From contig JBEBYG010000020.1 in NCBI GenBank assembly GCA_040391235.1, positions 1,198 through 65,197 on the forward strand: a stretch of DNA of 64,000 nucleotides, read 5' to 3'. The DNA comes from Cryomorpha ignava. Its GTDB lineage: Bacteria > Bacteroidota > Bacteroidia > Flavobacteriales_F > PHOS-HE28. The translations under genes were made by a program, and so were the position numbers. Positions 63,024 through 64,000 of this stretch are shown here, in pieces (position 1 is the stretch's first letter; each line of letters opens with the position of its first letter). The notes under the pieces are model-generated. The model was not told the origin of the DNA, made no database searches, and was given only the letters and a program-made list of their open reading frames with translations.

Positions 63024-63776
63024 TCAGGAGCGGATCCTCGGTGAGTGCTTGACCAATTCCCGTAGTGCCAAAGCGTTGCTCGCAGCCGCACCGGAAGCCG
63101 TGTTGTCGAACACAACGTAGACGTGCTTTCCGGTGCGGTTGTGCTGCCTTAGCTGCCCTGCCACAAGTTCCAATTCAGCCGCGCTATAGGCGGAGCGATA
63201 CATAACTGGAGAACCGTGCAACCTGAAGTAGGCCAATGGACCGTCGCTCAGAGGTTCAAACCGCTCCCCGCCTAATGGCGGATCTGCCGTTACCCGTGTG
63301 ATGCGGTGCTTGGCCAAGAGCTGCACTACCTCCTGCGCATTCCAGCTGGCATGTCGCGGTTCCAATACCACCTCGCCTTCGTGGTGCTCCCGCAACGCCT
63401 CAAAAAAGTCCGCATGCTCATCCAAGTAGGCAAGCGATGGAGGCAGTTGCACAAGCACAGGCCCCAACCGGTCGCCCAGTGGCGATACACTTTCAAGAAA
63501 TCCCTTGGCTACAGCGAATCGCTGTAAGCGTTGCACATGCGTCACGTCCCGATGCATCTTCACGGCGAACCGAAAGTCCACTGGTACCGATGCCGCCCAA
63601 CGCGCATACGTTCGCGGCATGTGATATCGGTAGAAGGAACTGTTCACTTCCACCGCGTTGAACAGCTCCGCATACTTCGTGAGCGCTGAACGGTCCGATC
63701 CGGTGGGGCGCAGATCTGCGGGTAGCTGCCAACCGGCAGTTCCTATACGGATATGAACTTGAATGGCTGCCTTCAT
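63024..63776 (-). CDS. DUF72 (UPF0759) family protein
   Basis: IRIGTAGW hallmark at the N-terminus. Confidence 0.75.
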   Translation of the reverse strand: MKAAIQVHIRIGTAGWQLPADLRPTGSDRSALTKYAELFNAVEVNSSFYRYHMPRTYARWAASVPVDFRFAVKMHRDVTHVQRLQRFAVAKGFLESVSPLGDRLGPVLVQLPPSLAYLDEHADFFEALREHHEGEVVLEPRHASWNAQEVVQLLAKHRITRVTADPPLGGERFEPLSDGPLAYFRLHGSPVMYRSAYSAAELELVAGQLRQHNRTGKHVYVVFDNTASGAAASNALALRELVKHSPRIRS

Positions 63777-63797
63777 GATCGACCCGTTTTCAAGCGA

Positions 63798-63986
63798 TCA
63801 TCCGTGTTTCGATCTCCCCTCCTGCATCCGACGCCTTGCTCTCCAATTCCTTATGAGGAAACTCAACCATCCGATGCCGAAGAGAACGTGTAGGGCTCCA
63901 TCCAGAAAGTAAACTGCCCGGATGTATCCGAGTGCGGCAGAGATGATGGCTATGGATCCGAGAATGAGTGAAATGCCCATACCCAT
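63798..63986 (-). CDS. Hypothetical small membrane protein
   Basis: 62-aa ORF with 2 TM segments near the window edge. Confidence 0.3.
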   Translation of the reverse strand: MGMGISLILGSIAIISAALGYIRAVYFLDGALHVLFGIGWLSFLIRNWRARRRMQEGRSKHG

Positions 63987-64000
63987 GATAACAGCCGATA

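Overview
This 64-kb window looks like chromosomal DNA from a high-GC (~58-62%) member of Bacteroidota. The evidence is T9SS C-terminal sorting domains, a fused ccoNO gene, a PorQ-like gene, and a tmRNA tag GETEYALAA. The backbone is mostly housekeeping and respiratory genes:

- icd (NADP-isocitrate dehydrogenase).
- A complete cbb3 oxidase cluster: ccoI-ccoS-ccoNO-ccoQ-ccoP-ccoG-fixH-TauE/SafE.
- A eukaryote-like Glyco_transf_22 mannosyltransferase homolog.
- tmRNA (ssrA), minus strand.
- A MarR-led beta-oxidation operon: fadN - [island] - fadA - methyltransferase - fadE.
- Two T9SS-sorted beta-propeller proteins.
- ltaE, two orphan sensor histidine kinases, and the hpt-adk-obg-PAP2-crcB-pafA run.
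- A PorQ-like/HhH-beta-barrel gene pair, the large helicase Lhr, and a 3'-terminal stretch of general-stress-type small genes (OsmC, DUF748, two PA2169-family, DUF1328, AI-2E, two LTXXQ-like paralogs, GSP26, YtxH, DUF72).

The strongest candidate for something new is a ~3.3-kb low-GC insertion at 22.39-25.69 kb that splits fadN from fadA. It carries an AlbA_2(Schlafen-like)-HATPase_c_4-wHTH protein plus three small uncharacterised ORFs, one of them translationally coupled. I read it as a horizontally acquired candidate defence or abortive-infection-type module.

Because of the high GC, many long ORFs in the six-frame track are antisense artefacts and are not reported. Several starts were moved to internal Met codons where ATGA/GTGA overlaps, signal peptides or conserved N-termini supported it. 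No CRISPR arrays, integrases, transposases or rRNA/tRNA genes were seen.
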